This document shows, piece after piece, positions 9,756 to 18,899 of a stretch of DNA of 64,000 nucleotides. This stretch comes from Alphaproteobacteria bacterium (GTDB taxonomy: Bacteria > Pseudomonadota > Alphaproteobacteria > SP197). Position 1 is the first letter of the stretch, and each line of letters opens with the position of its first letter. Below the pieces are notes generated by a model. The model saw only the letters and a list, made by a program, of their open reading frames with translations. It was not told where the DNA came from and did not search any database. The stretch spans positions 928,001 through 992,000 of the forward strand of contig OZ219747.1 of the NCBI GenBank assembly GCA_964291265.2. Direction: 5' to 3'. A program made the position numbers and the translations under genes.

Positions 9756-12700
9756 TCCTGCGGTCGGGACGGGTCCACCTGACCTGCCGCTCGTCGTGGC
9801 GCGCCACGACATCCTTCATGAACTGCCGTTCGGCTTCGGTGACGCCGATGCTCTCCAGGTTCTCCCGGAACCACGTCACCATGTCGCCGGCCTGGTGCAG
9901 ACCGAGCGGGTCCTTCCCCTCGGCCTCGGCCCTCGCCACCAGGCGCCTCCACGCGGTGCGTCGTTCGAGGAAGGCCCTGCGGGCCTCCGCCATGTCGGCA
10001 TGGTCGGCAAGCCAGGATGCCACCGCCTGGCGGGAGGGAGCACGCAGGCTCGCGGTGTTTGCCAGCCGGCGTGCCTCTTTCACGAGGTCCTCGTGGCCGG
10101 GCTGGTCCGTCACGTGGCGGCCCCTCGATGCGGCGTCAACCGCATGGTTCCGGCAGGCCGTCTGCCAGTCGCCGAAGGTCTCATGGGCGGCGAGACGCTG
10201 GCGGGCAAGGCGAACCGCCTCCTCCAGGCGACGGCGGGCGGGGGCTGCGAGATGGGGATCTCTCGCCGCCTCGTCCGCATCGACGATTCCGTGGCCCAGC
10301 CGGCCACGGGCGAGGTGCGCCTCCCAGTCCTCCAGCCGGCGATGGGCGGCCTCGGCCCTCTGGCGTGCCTGGTTTGCGTCCTCGCGGGCCTTTTCGCGCC
10401 GCGCCTCGCGTTCCCTCTCGTCCTCTGCCGACAGCGCAGGCGCGGCGGGGGTTGGCTCAACCGGCCGCTCGGGCGCCACCGGGTTGGCCGGTGTTGCATC
10501 CCTGATGGCAGCCCTTCTGGTGGCAGCCCTTGTCGTCTCCGGGGCGACGGTCGCAGGCGCCACCCGTGTCAGGCGGTCGTGGCGGTCGATGGCCAGCGTG
10601 AGGCGGGATGTCATCGCCGACGGCAGGGCCGGATCGGCGACGAGCGCCCGGGCTTCCCCGATCGCGGCCTCGGCGGCGGCGCCCGAGGGCTGGCGTTCCT
10701 CCCACGAGGCGAGCCACGCTTGAGCCTTTCTCCGGGCCTCGGCGCGGGCCTCGAAGGCCCCGACCAGGCCCGCGATCCGCTGCCGGTGGTCCTCTCCCAG
10801 GTCCGGGTCCCGAAGGAGCCTCCGGGCGTTCTGCATGAGCCCGGCCGCGTCACCGTGATCGTGGACCGGCAGGCCCGCCTCGCCGGCGTCACCCTCCAGG
10901 CTCGACCAGCGCGCCTCCCAGGCCTCGGCATGATCCGCGGTCGCCTGCTGAGCAAGGACACGATCATCCTCGGCCAGGATGGCCTCGGCGCGTTGCACCA
11001 GTTCCATAAGGTCCGGCGCCCAGGCCAGGTCCACCAACGCCCGTGCCGCGGTGAGGCTTGAATCTACCTGGAAGCGCCAGCCCGCGTCGTCGTCCGGATC
11101 GACGCTCTCGCCCACCCTGCGAAGATCCGGCCGGCGTTCAAGCACATCCATGAGGCGTGTCTCGACGTGGCGGACCGCACGGGCGCTCTCGCCGGTCCAC
11201 TCGGCAGAAGCCCACTCCGCGGTCCGCCGGTCGGACGACCCCGTCATGACGGCAAGCGCCTCGAGATGCTCGATGGCCTCGGGCTCGTCGGGCGCCAGGT
11301 CGGGCTTTCTCGCGCGTTTCCAGCGCCCGACCTCCAGGGGCTCGACGGCGAGATCGCCGACGTTCTCCTTTTCCGGAATGGCGGCGGTGATCTCCGCCGC
11401 ATCGAGGCGCTCGTCCACCGCCTCCAGGGCGGTGAGGACCTCGCCGGTGTTCTCCTCCAGGGTCTCGGCCAACTGCTCCCGGTTGTCGGTGATGATGATC
11501 GCCTCGTCGCGGGCCCGGCTGATCTCGACGTAGAAGGTCTGCTGGTTGGCCAGCGGCCCGTGGCCCGAATCGAGAACCGCGATCACCTTGTCCCGGGTGA
11601 GGCCCTGGGCCGCATGCACCGTCGTCGCGTAGGCATGCGCGATGTGGCGCAGCCGGGGATCGTCGAGATCCATCTTCAGCCGACGATCGTCGTCGGTGAC
11701 GAGAACGAGTGACGTCGTCCCGATCGTCTCGATTACCGCGGTGGCCCCGTTGACGAGGTGGCTCGGGTTGTGGTTGCGCGTCCAGCGGATGCGGTCGCCG
11801 GCCCGCAGGTCGATCGAGTCGGTCTCGAAGACATCGTAGCGGAAGCGCACGTCGCTGTCGGGCTTGACATGACGCGGCTTGCCGTCGTGGTGTCCGAGGG
11901 CAAGGCGCTCGCCGTCGATGCCCGTGATGGGACAGGCGTCTCCAGACTTCACCCGGTAGTGGTAGAGGTCGTTGTGGAAGACGACGACATCTCCCTCGCG
12001 GTAGTTGCGGATCTCGCGCTTCTGGGCCCGCGTCATGGAGAGGTTGACGAGAACCGGCAGGGTGACGCTGCGCCCGTGAAGGGCGCCCTCGGCCTCGAGG
12101 CCCTCCCTCACTCGTGCGTTGATCTCCCGGCGCAGGACATGGGTGGGCGCCATCAGCGCCGTCTCCTCGCGGTCCTCCGCCTCGAGGGCAAGCCAGATGC
12201 GGGCCGCGCTGTTGCCGAGGTCCGCGTGGTCCACCTCGAGGACATCGGCGCCCAGCCGCGTCAGGGCCGCGGCAGGCTTGCCGGCGATGGCGTCGAGAAC
12301 GGCCGCCTTGAGACCCGGATTGCGCTGGCGGCGGATGTCGTCCATGACCGCCGTCGCCATCCCGGCCTGCTGCAGCTGGCGGAAGGGCTGACCCGCATCG
12401 ACCGCACGCAGCTGCCGGCTGTCGCCCACCATCACAAGACGCGCCACGCCCAGGTGCTCGGCGCTTCGCATGAGGGACCTCACCTGCTCGGTGCTGGCAA
12501 GCGACATCTCGTCCACCACCAGCACCTTGCCGGCGAAGGAGCCGGCCGTCTGGGGCGAAGGCTCCCCATGACGCGTCAGGAACCACTGCAGGGTCCGCGT
12601 CGCGATGTTGGCCTCGCGGCCCAGCGTGCGGGCCGCGCTCGACGAGGGCGCAAGGCCGATGATGGCGTCGGCCCCGGCAAGCTCCACCACCTGGCGCAGC

Positions 12701-14049
12701 ATCGTCGTCTTGCCCGTGCCGGCGAACCCCTGCACGCCGATGACCGCATCGCCTTCGCCGAGAATGAGACTGAGCGCCGCCTGCTGGCCCGCCGTGAGAG
12801 TGGCGCCCGCGAGCTTCTCGCGGACAGCCGAAGCCGGCACGATCGCCCGCGTCCGGCCCACACCCTCCTTCATGCGGCGGATGACCTCGCGCTCGGCCCG
12901 CAAGGCCCTGTCCGTGACGATCGAGGGACCGCCGCGCGAACGGATGGCGTCGACGAGGTGGCCGTCCCGGCGCAGCTGGTTAATGGCCGCGTGAATGTCC
13001 TCGAGGCCGTGGCGTCCCGGCGCATGGGCCAGGGCGCCCGCCACAAGATCGCGCACCGCGATGACCGACTGGCGTTCCTCGAGGTGCTCGGCAACGCGCG
13101 ACACGATGTCGAGCGCCGAGGGCGCCGGGCGCGGCGTCACACGCTTCGGCCGGCGGCGGGTGAGGTCGATGCCCATCTCGCTGGCGCGCTCGCGCCACAT
13201 GCCGGTCAGCACCTCGCGGTGGGGCTCGCTCTTGCGCCGCCGCGTGGCGAGCGCCGCCGCCTGGGCCGCCGCCGCATTGTAATCCCAGCCCTTTGCGTCG
13301 ACATGATCGACGATCTCCTGACGCCGCGTCGAGAAGGCGTCCAGCGTCGCCTTCGACCAGCCGGCAATCTCGAACCCTTGCACCGGTCCGATCATCGTCT
13401 CTTCGAGTTCGTAACCGAGATCAAGCAGGCGCTTCGCCAGTTCGTTGCGGTAGTGGGCGCCGATCAGCAGGCGATGGGAATGCAGCCGGCCCGTGTCGAG
13501 GCTGCGCCAGGAGCCGTCAGGACCCCGGGTCATGTTGGCGACCACACTGTGGGTGTGAAGCTGCGGGTCGAGATTGCGGCTGGCGAGATGCCGGAAGGTG
13601 CCGGCCACCATGCCCTGCGCCCGCCGCCGCTCGCGCTTGCCCGTCGCCGGGTTGTGGACCCGCGTGACGAGAAGATCCCGCTCGATCATGTCGAGCGTCG
13701 CCCGCACCGCCTCGTCGTGGGCCCTGATCACCCGCTCGTCGCCCCTCACAAGGGCCTGGAGCGACACCGACTTCGGCGCCGAGAAGGTGATGTCGACGCC
13801 CGGGCGATGCTGGTGCTCGCCGCCGCGCGCCCGGCCCAGGCGCTGGTCGGCGCCGGGGACATGGCCGGCAAGGATGGATTCGAAGACCTTCGGCTTGACG
13901 TGGCGGCCAAGACCGAGATCCCGGGCTGCCTTGCCGTGCCAGAAGCTCGCCTGGCGGTGCTCCGGTGCGTTCTTCGCGTAGTATCCGTCCTTCTCGAAGT
14001 AGCGCACCGTCCCCGAGGCGGACGTGATGGCGGTGACCGTGGCGACCAT
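9739..14049 (-). CDS. MOBF (TrwC/TraI-like) relaxase-helicase, 1436 aa
   Basis: N-terminal YFEKDGYY, DITFSAPKSVS, HUH motif DPQLHTHSVVAN, Walker A GFAGTGKTT, VVDEMS, HAYATTVHAAQG. Confidence 0.93.
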   Translation of the reverse strand: MVATVTAITSASGTVRYFEKDGYYAKNAPEHRQASFWHGKAARDLGLGRHVKPKVFESILAGHVPGADQRLGRARGGEHQHRPGVDITFSAPKSVSLQALVRGDERVIRAHDEAVRATLDMIERDLLVTRVHNPATGKRERRRAQGMVAGTFRHLASRNLDPQLHTHSVVANMTRGPDGSWRSLDTGRLHSHRLLIGAHYRNELAKRLLDLGYELEETMIGPVQGFEIAGWSKATLDAFSTRRQEIVDHVDAKGWDYNAAAAQAAALATRRRKSEPHREVLTGMWRERASEMGIDLTRRRPKRVTPRPAPSALDIVSRVAEHLEERQSVIAVRDLVAGALAHAPGRHGLEDIHAAINQLRRDGHLVDAIRSRGGPSIVTDRALRAEREVIRRMKEGVGRTRAIVPASAVREKLAGATLTAGQQAALSLILGEGDAVIGVQGFAGTGKTTMLRQVVELAGADAIIGLAPSSSAARTLGREANIATRTLQWFLTRHGEPSPQTAGSFAGKVLVVDEMSLASTEQVRSLMRSAEHLGVARLVMVGDSRQLRAVDAGQPFRQLQQAGMATAVMDDIRRQRNPGLKAAVLDAIAGKPAAALTRLGADVLEVDHADLGNSAARIWLALEAEDREETALMAPTHVLRREINARVREGLEAEGALHGRSVTLPVLVNLSMTRAQKREIRNYREGDVVVFHNDLYHYRVKSGDACPITGIDGERLALGHHDGKPRHVKPDSDVRFRYDVFETDSIDLRAGDRIRWTRNHNPSHLVNGATAVIETIGTTSLVLVTDDDRRLKMDLDDPRLRHIAHAYATTVHAAQGLTRDKVIAVLDSGHGPLANQQTFYVEISRARDEAIIITDNREQLAETLEENTGEVLTALEAVDERLDAAEITAAIPEKENVGDLAVEPLEVGRWKRARKPDLAPDEPEAIEHLEALAVMTGSSDRRTAEWASAEWTGESARAVRHVETRLMDVLERRPDLRRVGESVDPDDDAGWRFQVDSSLTAARALVDLAWAPDLMELVQRAEAILAEDDRVLAQQATADHAEAWEARWSSLEGDAGEAGLPVHDHGDAAGLMQNARRLLRDPDLGEDHRQRIAGLVGAFEARAEARRKAQAWLASWEERQPSGAAAEAAIGEARALVADPALPSAMTSRLTLAIDRHDRLTRVAPATVAPETTRAATRRAAIRDATPANPVAPERPVEPTPAAPALSAEDEREREARREKAREDANQARQRAEAAHRRLEDWEAHLARGRLGHGIVDADEAARDPHLAAPARRRLEEAVRLARQRLAAHETFGDWQTACRNHAVDAASRGRHVTDQPGHEDLVKEARRLANTASLRAPSRQAVASWLADHADMAEARRAFLERRTAWRRLVARAEAEGKDPLGLHQAGDMVTWFRENLESIGVTEAERQFMKDVVARHDERQVRWTRPDRRISWRL

Positions 14050-14116
14050 GATGGCCGAGTGTAGCGCAACATCGAGGCCACGGGCATCGTCCCGCAGACG
14101 TGATCAGGAGGCATCG

Positions 14117-15010
14117 ATGACACCTGAAGATCCCGAATCCCGGCGCATCGCCGACGAACTGAAGCGCCGCGAACGCCAGCGCCCCGCGACCGGGGCGTCG
14201 GTGGACCCCGACACCCTCAAGGCCATGCTCGAACAGTACACGGACGCTGTCGTGAAGCTCGTCGGACCGATCGAGAAGACCCTGGCGAAGAAGATCGACA
14301 CCCTCGCGGAAGCCCAGGGGGGCGTCGCCGAAAGCCTGCGCCACGAGATCAAACAGGTCCGCAAGGGTGGCGATACGGACAAGGCCGCGGCGCTGGAACG
14401 GCAGTTGTGGAAAGAGCAGCGTGCCGCCATGGAGGGGTTGTCGAACGAATTGAAGCAGAAGCTGGATACCCTGACAGAATCCCTCGACAAACGGGAGGGC
14501 GGGGTCTTCGCCGGAATTGACGACGTCGCCGAGAGCGTCAGGCCGGCAGCGCACGCACTCAAGGAGTTGCAAGAGGCCGTTGCCAGCACAGCCGCAGTCG
14601 CCGGTGATGTCGCGGCCATCCGCAAGGTGCTGGCCGGTGGAGTCCGTGTGCTCGACGATGTGGCGACCATCAGGGAGACCGTCACCCGCAACAGCAACAC
14701 CATCAATGACGTGGTGAAGATGAAGCCGGTGCTCGACGGGATTCAGACGAGCATCGGCACCTGGTCCAGGAGCATGCGCAGGCTGCGCTGGCTTGGATGG
14801 GTCGGGCTCATCCTCATCGCCCTCCTGTTCTCTGCCGGCGGAGTCGCACTGCAGAGGGAAACCGGCATCTGGACGCCGCTGGCCGACGTGGAGAACCGGG
14901 ACCGCGACGAAGTCTGGGAACGCTACGGCGAGCAGATCATCACCTGCCGCGACGCAGCACGCAAACGCAAACGGGCCATGGCCTGCACGATCGTGGACAT
15001 GGATCCCTGA
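14117..15010 (+). CDS. Coiled-coil membrane-anchored protein divergent from relaxase (C-terminus DUF6118-like)
   Basis: RBS AGGAGG, long coiled coil, one TM helix, C-terminal CRDAARKRKRAMACTIV. Confidence 0.6.
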   Translation: MTPEDPESRRIADELKRRERQRPATGASVDPDTLKAMLEQYTDAVVKLVGPIEKTLAKKIDTLAEAQGGVAESLRHEIKQVRKGGDTDKAAALERQLWKEQRAAMEGLSNELKQKLDTLTESLDKREGGVFAGIDDVAESVRPAAHALKELQEAVASTAAVAGDVAAIRKVLAGGVRVLDDVATIRETVTRNSNTINDVVKMKPVLDGIQTSIGTWSRSMRRLRWLGWVGLILIALLFSAGGVALQRETGIWTPLADVENRDRDEVWERYGEQIITCRDAARKRKRAMACTIVDMDP

Positions 15011-15033
15011 TGAAGGAGGAACGTCCGAAAGCG

Positions 15034-15528
15034 TCAGGGGGCGTCCGGAAAGAAAGGCCACGGCGCCAGGGCGCCATCGACGTGCTTGCCTTTCCAGTAG
15101 ATGAGGACGCCAAGCGGCGTGCCATTCCTGGCGACGCTGACCTCGCCGTGGACCTCGTCATCCACGTACGGTACCAACGCCTCGACGCCATTGGGCCACG
15201 AGATGGTCACGATCCCGTCAAACACGCCATCTCTGACAGGACCCGCCATCCGGTAGCCGTTGCCATCCCGACGTTCCCATGGACCGTGCAGGCTTCCGTC
15301 CTCAAACGTCACGACATAGAACCGGTCGTCCGCCAGATCGAAGGTCCATCGCCCATGAAAGACGCCACCAACATGGCTCTCCACGATGACACTGCCATCG
15401 GCAAGGGTTGCCTCCCACCGTCCCTCCTTCAGACCTTCAACGAGGCGTCCTTCGGCGCGGTTGCCCCGGTCGTCAGACAGGACACCGTCCCCATGCGCCG
15501 TGCCGCCCCAACAGTCGCCCGTCGTCAT
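15034..15528 (-). CDS. MORN-like repeat protein (start uncertain)
   Basis: Repeated G..HG.W / DG.. units (EGLKEGRW, GVFHGRW, GSLHGPW, GVFDGIV). Confidence 0.5.
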   Translation of the reverse strand: MTTGDCWGGTAHGDGVLSDDRGNRAEGRLVEGLKEGRWEATLADGSVIVESHVGGVFHGRWTFDLADDRFYVVTFEDGSLHGPWERRDGNGYRMAGPVRDGVFDGIVTISWPNGVEALVPYVDDEVHGEVSVARNGTPLGVLIYWKGKHVDGALAPWPFFPDAP

Positions 15529-15857
15529 CCAGGATTGTCATCGACATCGACCTGCTGTCCTCCGGTTACGTGATCATGCTCTGTTTGTGTCAAAACCTGC
15601 GTCATGCCTCGAGCACCAGACGCTACTTCATTCATTCCCAGCACGAAGGCCGGAGAATTTAAGGACCACATACTTGACTTAAAAATCCATGTGTCCGATC
15701 ACTTGTCATGTTTCCTTATGTTCCGTCTTTTCAAGCTTGTCGATGCGATGTCGTGTGAGTGCGAGGGCCACCTGTTCGGGTGTCGCGCCCTCGTAGCGGG
15801 TGTTGCGAACTCTGATGTCGGGTGGTCGCGGGACTTGGCGCTTGTGCTTGTCTTCGG

Positions 15858-16469
15858 TCATGGTGCGACTCCGATTAGGACCAAGGGGACGGCAGGCACC
15901 CCACGCCCCTGCCGAATGACGTTCAGCAAATCGCGTTCGTAATACGGAACCCCGGAAGACATCTCTCGTTCAAGTTCCTTCATCGGCAGTATCTCTATCC
16001 CCACGTCGATGATGTCAGACACGTAGAAGCTCAAGTGCTTGACGAATAAGTCATGTGCCACAAAAGCATATTTGCCGAACTGAACTTCGACGGCCACTCG
16101 ATCCTTCACAAAATCTGTTTGGTTGTAGGACATGATCGGCTCATGCCCTGCCTCCTGGATTGCGGTCTTTTGTTCCTGTTCGGACCTTCCGTATATTGTG
16201 CGGAGCAGTTTTTCGTCAGATGTAACCCAGAAAGTGTGTCGGCGTTGTTCCCACCCATAGAACTCGAAATGTCTCTTGAAATCGGTGTTCATGTCGGTGG
16301 GCGAGAACAGGGCGGCGCCCTTCATGTTTCGCTCTTTGGACACCTTGGTCCTATTCACGTGTGCATCCACCTTCTCGATAACACGGCGCACTTCTTCCCA
16401 CAAGTTCGGCTTGTGAACCAGAAGGTACTCTTCGCCATTCAGGTGTGAGTATCGGGCCTCAATTCGCAT
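15858..16469 (-). CDS. BglII/BstYI-family type II restriction endonuclease
   Basis: QTDFVKDRVAVEVQFGKY (D...ExQ catalytic motif), IIDVGIEILPMK, MSSGVPYYE. Confidence 0.85.
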   Translation of the reverse strand: MRIEARYSHLNGEEYLLVHKPNLWEEVRRVIEKVDAHVNRTKVSKERNMKGAALFSPTDMNTDFKRHFEFYGWEQRRHTFWVTSDEKLLRTIYGRSEQEQKTAIQEAGHEPIMSYNQTDFVKDRVAVEVQFGKYAFVAHDLFVKHLSFYVSDIIDVGIEILPMKELEREMSSGVPYYERDLLNVIRQGRGVPAVPLVLIGVAP

Positions 16470-17302
16470 CAGTGTCCTCCATTTGGCAACGCCGGATCAT
16501 AAATTGGCTTTCCCATTGGCCGGGTTTTCAACGTGCCGTCACGGAGCTTCTGGAGGCGCTCGTGGGCAATGTCCACGTAGTCTTGCACGGTATCGCATCC
16601 GAAGACATTGCGACCATGCCTCACCGCCGCGATCGCGGATGATCCGACGCCCATGTGTGGATCCAGAACTGCGTCTCCCTCGTCCGTCATAGACAGCACA
16701 AGCCTTTCGACCAACTCAACGGGGAACTGGCACGGATGGTCTGTTTTCTCGGGGTGGTTGTTCTTGACGTTCGGAAACACCCACACATCGGATGGGTTCT
16801 TGCCGTTCGGGTTGCCGGACAACTGTCCCGCCTTCGGACCCTTGAAGTGCTTCTTGCCGGGGTATTTTGCGGGCACACGGATGGCGTCCAGGTGCCAAGT
16901 GTAATTTTCATTTTTAGTCCACCAACTGATCGTCTCGTAGCGGCCTGACAGGCGTTTCGTGCAGTGCAAGCCGTGCCCGAAGTGCCAGACAATCCGATTG
17001 CGAAGTTTCAAGCCATGCGCACGAAAGACCGGATATAGGATCGTGTCCAGCGGAACGATCTCGCCGTTATCGACGTAATTCCCCACTTGCCAGCAAATCG
17101 AGCCTTGAGGATGCAGAAGGCGGACACAATCGGCAATGACCTTTTCCTGCCATTGTAGATAGTCATCCAATGATGACCGCGATTCGTAGTCCTTGCCGAG
17201 ATTGTAGGGCGGCGACGTGACGATCAATTTGAACGCGCCGTCTTTGTGCTTTGACATGAATGCAAGATTGTCCTCGCACTCGATAACGGAACGCGACATC
17301 AC
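16469..17302 (-). CDS. Site-specific DNA methyltransferase (N4C/N6A, beta class)
   Basis: TSPPYN (motif IV), HPCQFP, VLDPHMGVGSS (motif I). Coupled to the endonuclease. Confidence 0.9.
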   Translation of the reverse strand: MMSRSVIECEDNLAFMSKHKDGAFKLIVTSPPYNLGKDYESRSSLDDYLQWQEKVIADCVRLLHPQGSICWQVGNYVDNGEIVPLDTILYPVFRAHGLKLRNRIVWHFGHGLHCTKRLSGRYETISWWTKNENYTWHLDAIRVPAKYPGKKHFKGPKAGQLSGNPNGKNPSDVWVFPNVKNNHPEKTDHPCQFPVELVERLVLSMTDEGDAVLDPHMGVGSSAIAAVRHGRNVFGCDTVQDYVDIAHERLQKLRDGTLKTRPMGKPIYDPALPNGGH

Positions 17303-18297
17303 CGCGCACCACTATCGAGATCGTTCGACGCGAACAGGTCCTGATACATCAGGGATCTCCCGGCTATGCCCGCAACCGCGGCGCCCATCTGTTCGATGGC
17401 GTCCAGTTCACGGACGTTGTGACGCCCTGCAAACTCGTGGACGTCACGATCAAAATGCTTGGCACTGATCTTGTGATAGACGCCCTTGCGGGCCCGCTGG
17501 AGCATCGACCAGAAGGATTCGATTCCGTTGGTGTACGCCATGCTGCGCACGTACTCTCCGACGCCTTGGTTGACCGCTTCGCGTCCGAAGTCGCCTGCCA
17601 GTCCTCGGTAGCCGTAAGCCTCGTTTGTGTAGACTATCGCGCCTGTTTCCGTGTTCTCCCTCACGAAGCCTTGCAGGGTCGGTGCCGTGGTGTCACTGAA
17701 AACCTTCGCCAGAACGCTGTTTGATCCACGATCCTTCACGTCGTCAACCACAGTCTTGCCCACTGAACCACGCCCTGAAAGCTCTTTCCGGATCGATTTG
17801 GGCATGTTCTTGCGGAGACCGCCCATGTAGGTCTCGTCGGCCTCGACCGGGCCGGTGAAGGACGCGGCCTCGATCTTCCATGCCTCGCGGATGCGGTGAA
17901 GCATGAACCACGCCGTCTTCTGCGTGACCTTGATATCCCGATGAAGCTTCATCGAGGACACACCCTTCAGGTTTGTCATTTCGAGGTAGATGGCCAAGAC
18001 CCACTTGCGGAACGAGACCTTGGACCGTTGAAGCGCGGTGCCGGTCCTGACTGAAAAGGTCTTCCGGCAACCCCTACAGTAGTAGGGCAGGCCCGACGTG
18101 GCAGATGCCTGCATGGTCTCCGTGGAGCCACAACGGGGGCAATGACGGCCTTCCGGCCAGATCACCGCCTCGAACCACGCCGCCGCGCCGTCTTCATCAG
18201 GGAAGATGTCCCCAAGCTCCAAGATGGAGATGCCCTCGCGATGTGACTTGCCCGGTTCCTTCTGTGCCACTTCCGAATCCAATTCGTTGTTTCCCAC
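17299..18297 (-). CDS. IS1595-family (ISXO2-like) transposase
   Basis: CPRCG/CRGC zinc ribbon, KTAWFMLHRIR, VEADETYMGG, TNGIESFWS. The second catalytic Asp region reads YTNE, so it may be inactive. Confidence 0.88.
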   Translation of the reverse strand: MGNNELDSEVAQKEPGKSHREGISILELGDIFPDEDGAAAWFEAVIWPEGRHCPRCGSTETMQASATSGLPYYCRGCRKTFSVRTGTALQRSKVSFRKWVLAIYLEMTNLKGVSSMKLHRDIKVTQKTAWFMLHRIREAWKIEAASFTGPVEADETYMGGLRKNMPKSIRKELSGRGSVGKTVVDDVKDRGSNSVLAKVFSDTTAPTLQGFVRENTETGAIVYTNEAYGYRGLAGDFGREAVNQGVGEYVRSMAYTNGIESFWSMLQRARKGVYHKISAKHFDRDVHEFAGRHNVRELDAIEQMGAAVAGIAGRSLMYQDLFASNDLDSGAR

Positions 18298-18341
18298 TGA
18301 ACATGATCGATGTCCTGATTTCCGTCAAGTATATAGCCCCA

Positions 18342-18867
18342 AGAATCTGGAAGACCTCCGACGACACCGGCGCCGTGACCGTGGCGCAAGCGCGTCAACG
18401 GGCACGCGCCATGCTGGCGGCGTACAGGAACTGTGGCTCCGCAGAGCCCGGGATCGAGAATGACGCACTCTTCGAGACCGTCGCACGGGAAGTCCTTGTC
18501 CACCACGAACGGCTCTGGAAACCCGGCACCCTCGAGGTCAACCGGAAACATCTTCGCAGACAGACCCTGCCCTTCTTTGCCGGCCGCATGATCAGCGCCA
18601 CTACCCGGCAGGATGTCGCAGCATGGTTCCGCTCCCTCCATGCAACGGCGGCGGCGGCAAACCGGTCTGCGCCGGTCCTTTCTGTCATCACGCAGAAGGC
18701 CGAGGCCTGGGCTTACAGGCCGGAGAACAGCAACCTCTGTGCCGGTATCCGCCGCTACCGCGAGACCAGGCGCGAACGGATCCTCCTGCCGGAGGAGTAT
18801 CGCATTCTTGCAGATGTTCTGGCACCCCACCAGTCAAGGTGTCCCTTGCAAACTGATGCCATGCTGA
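18342..18867 (+). pseudogene. Tyrosine integrase remnant (5' piece at ~15600-15660)
   Basis: RRYFIHSQHEGRRI | WKTSDD...LFETVARE...WFRSLHAT..ANRSAPVLS..NLCAGIRRY aligns with 23778-24905. Catalytic domain absent. Confidence 0.8.
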
Positions 18868-18899
18868 TGTCAGTCTCGCGGAAAAGGAATTGCAACTAC

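Larger units (their letters stand above)
15662..18340 (-). mobile_element. IS1595-family transporter IS carrying a restriction-modification pair
   Basis: Imperfect TIRs GGACCACATACTTGAC and GTCAAGTATATAGCCC; degenerate TSD AGAATTTA/AGAATCTG. Splits an integrase frame at GRRI|WK. Confidence 0.72.

Noticed and set aside
9697-14064. Long ORFs opposite or overlapping the relaxase
   Set aside because: Shadow frames without motifs, expected at this GC content.
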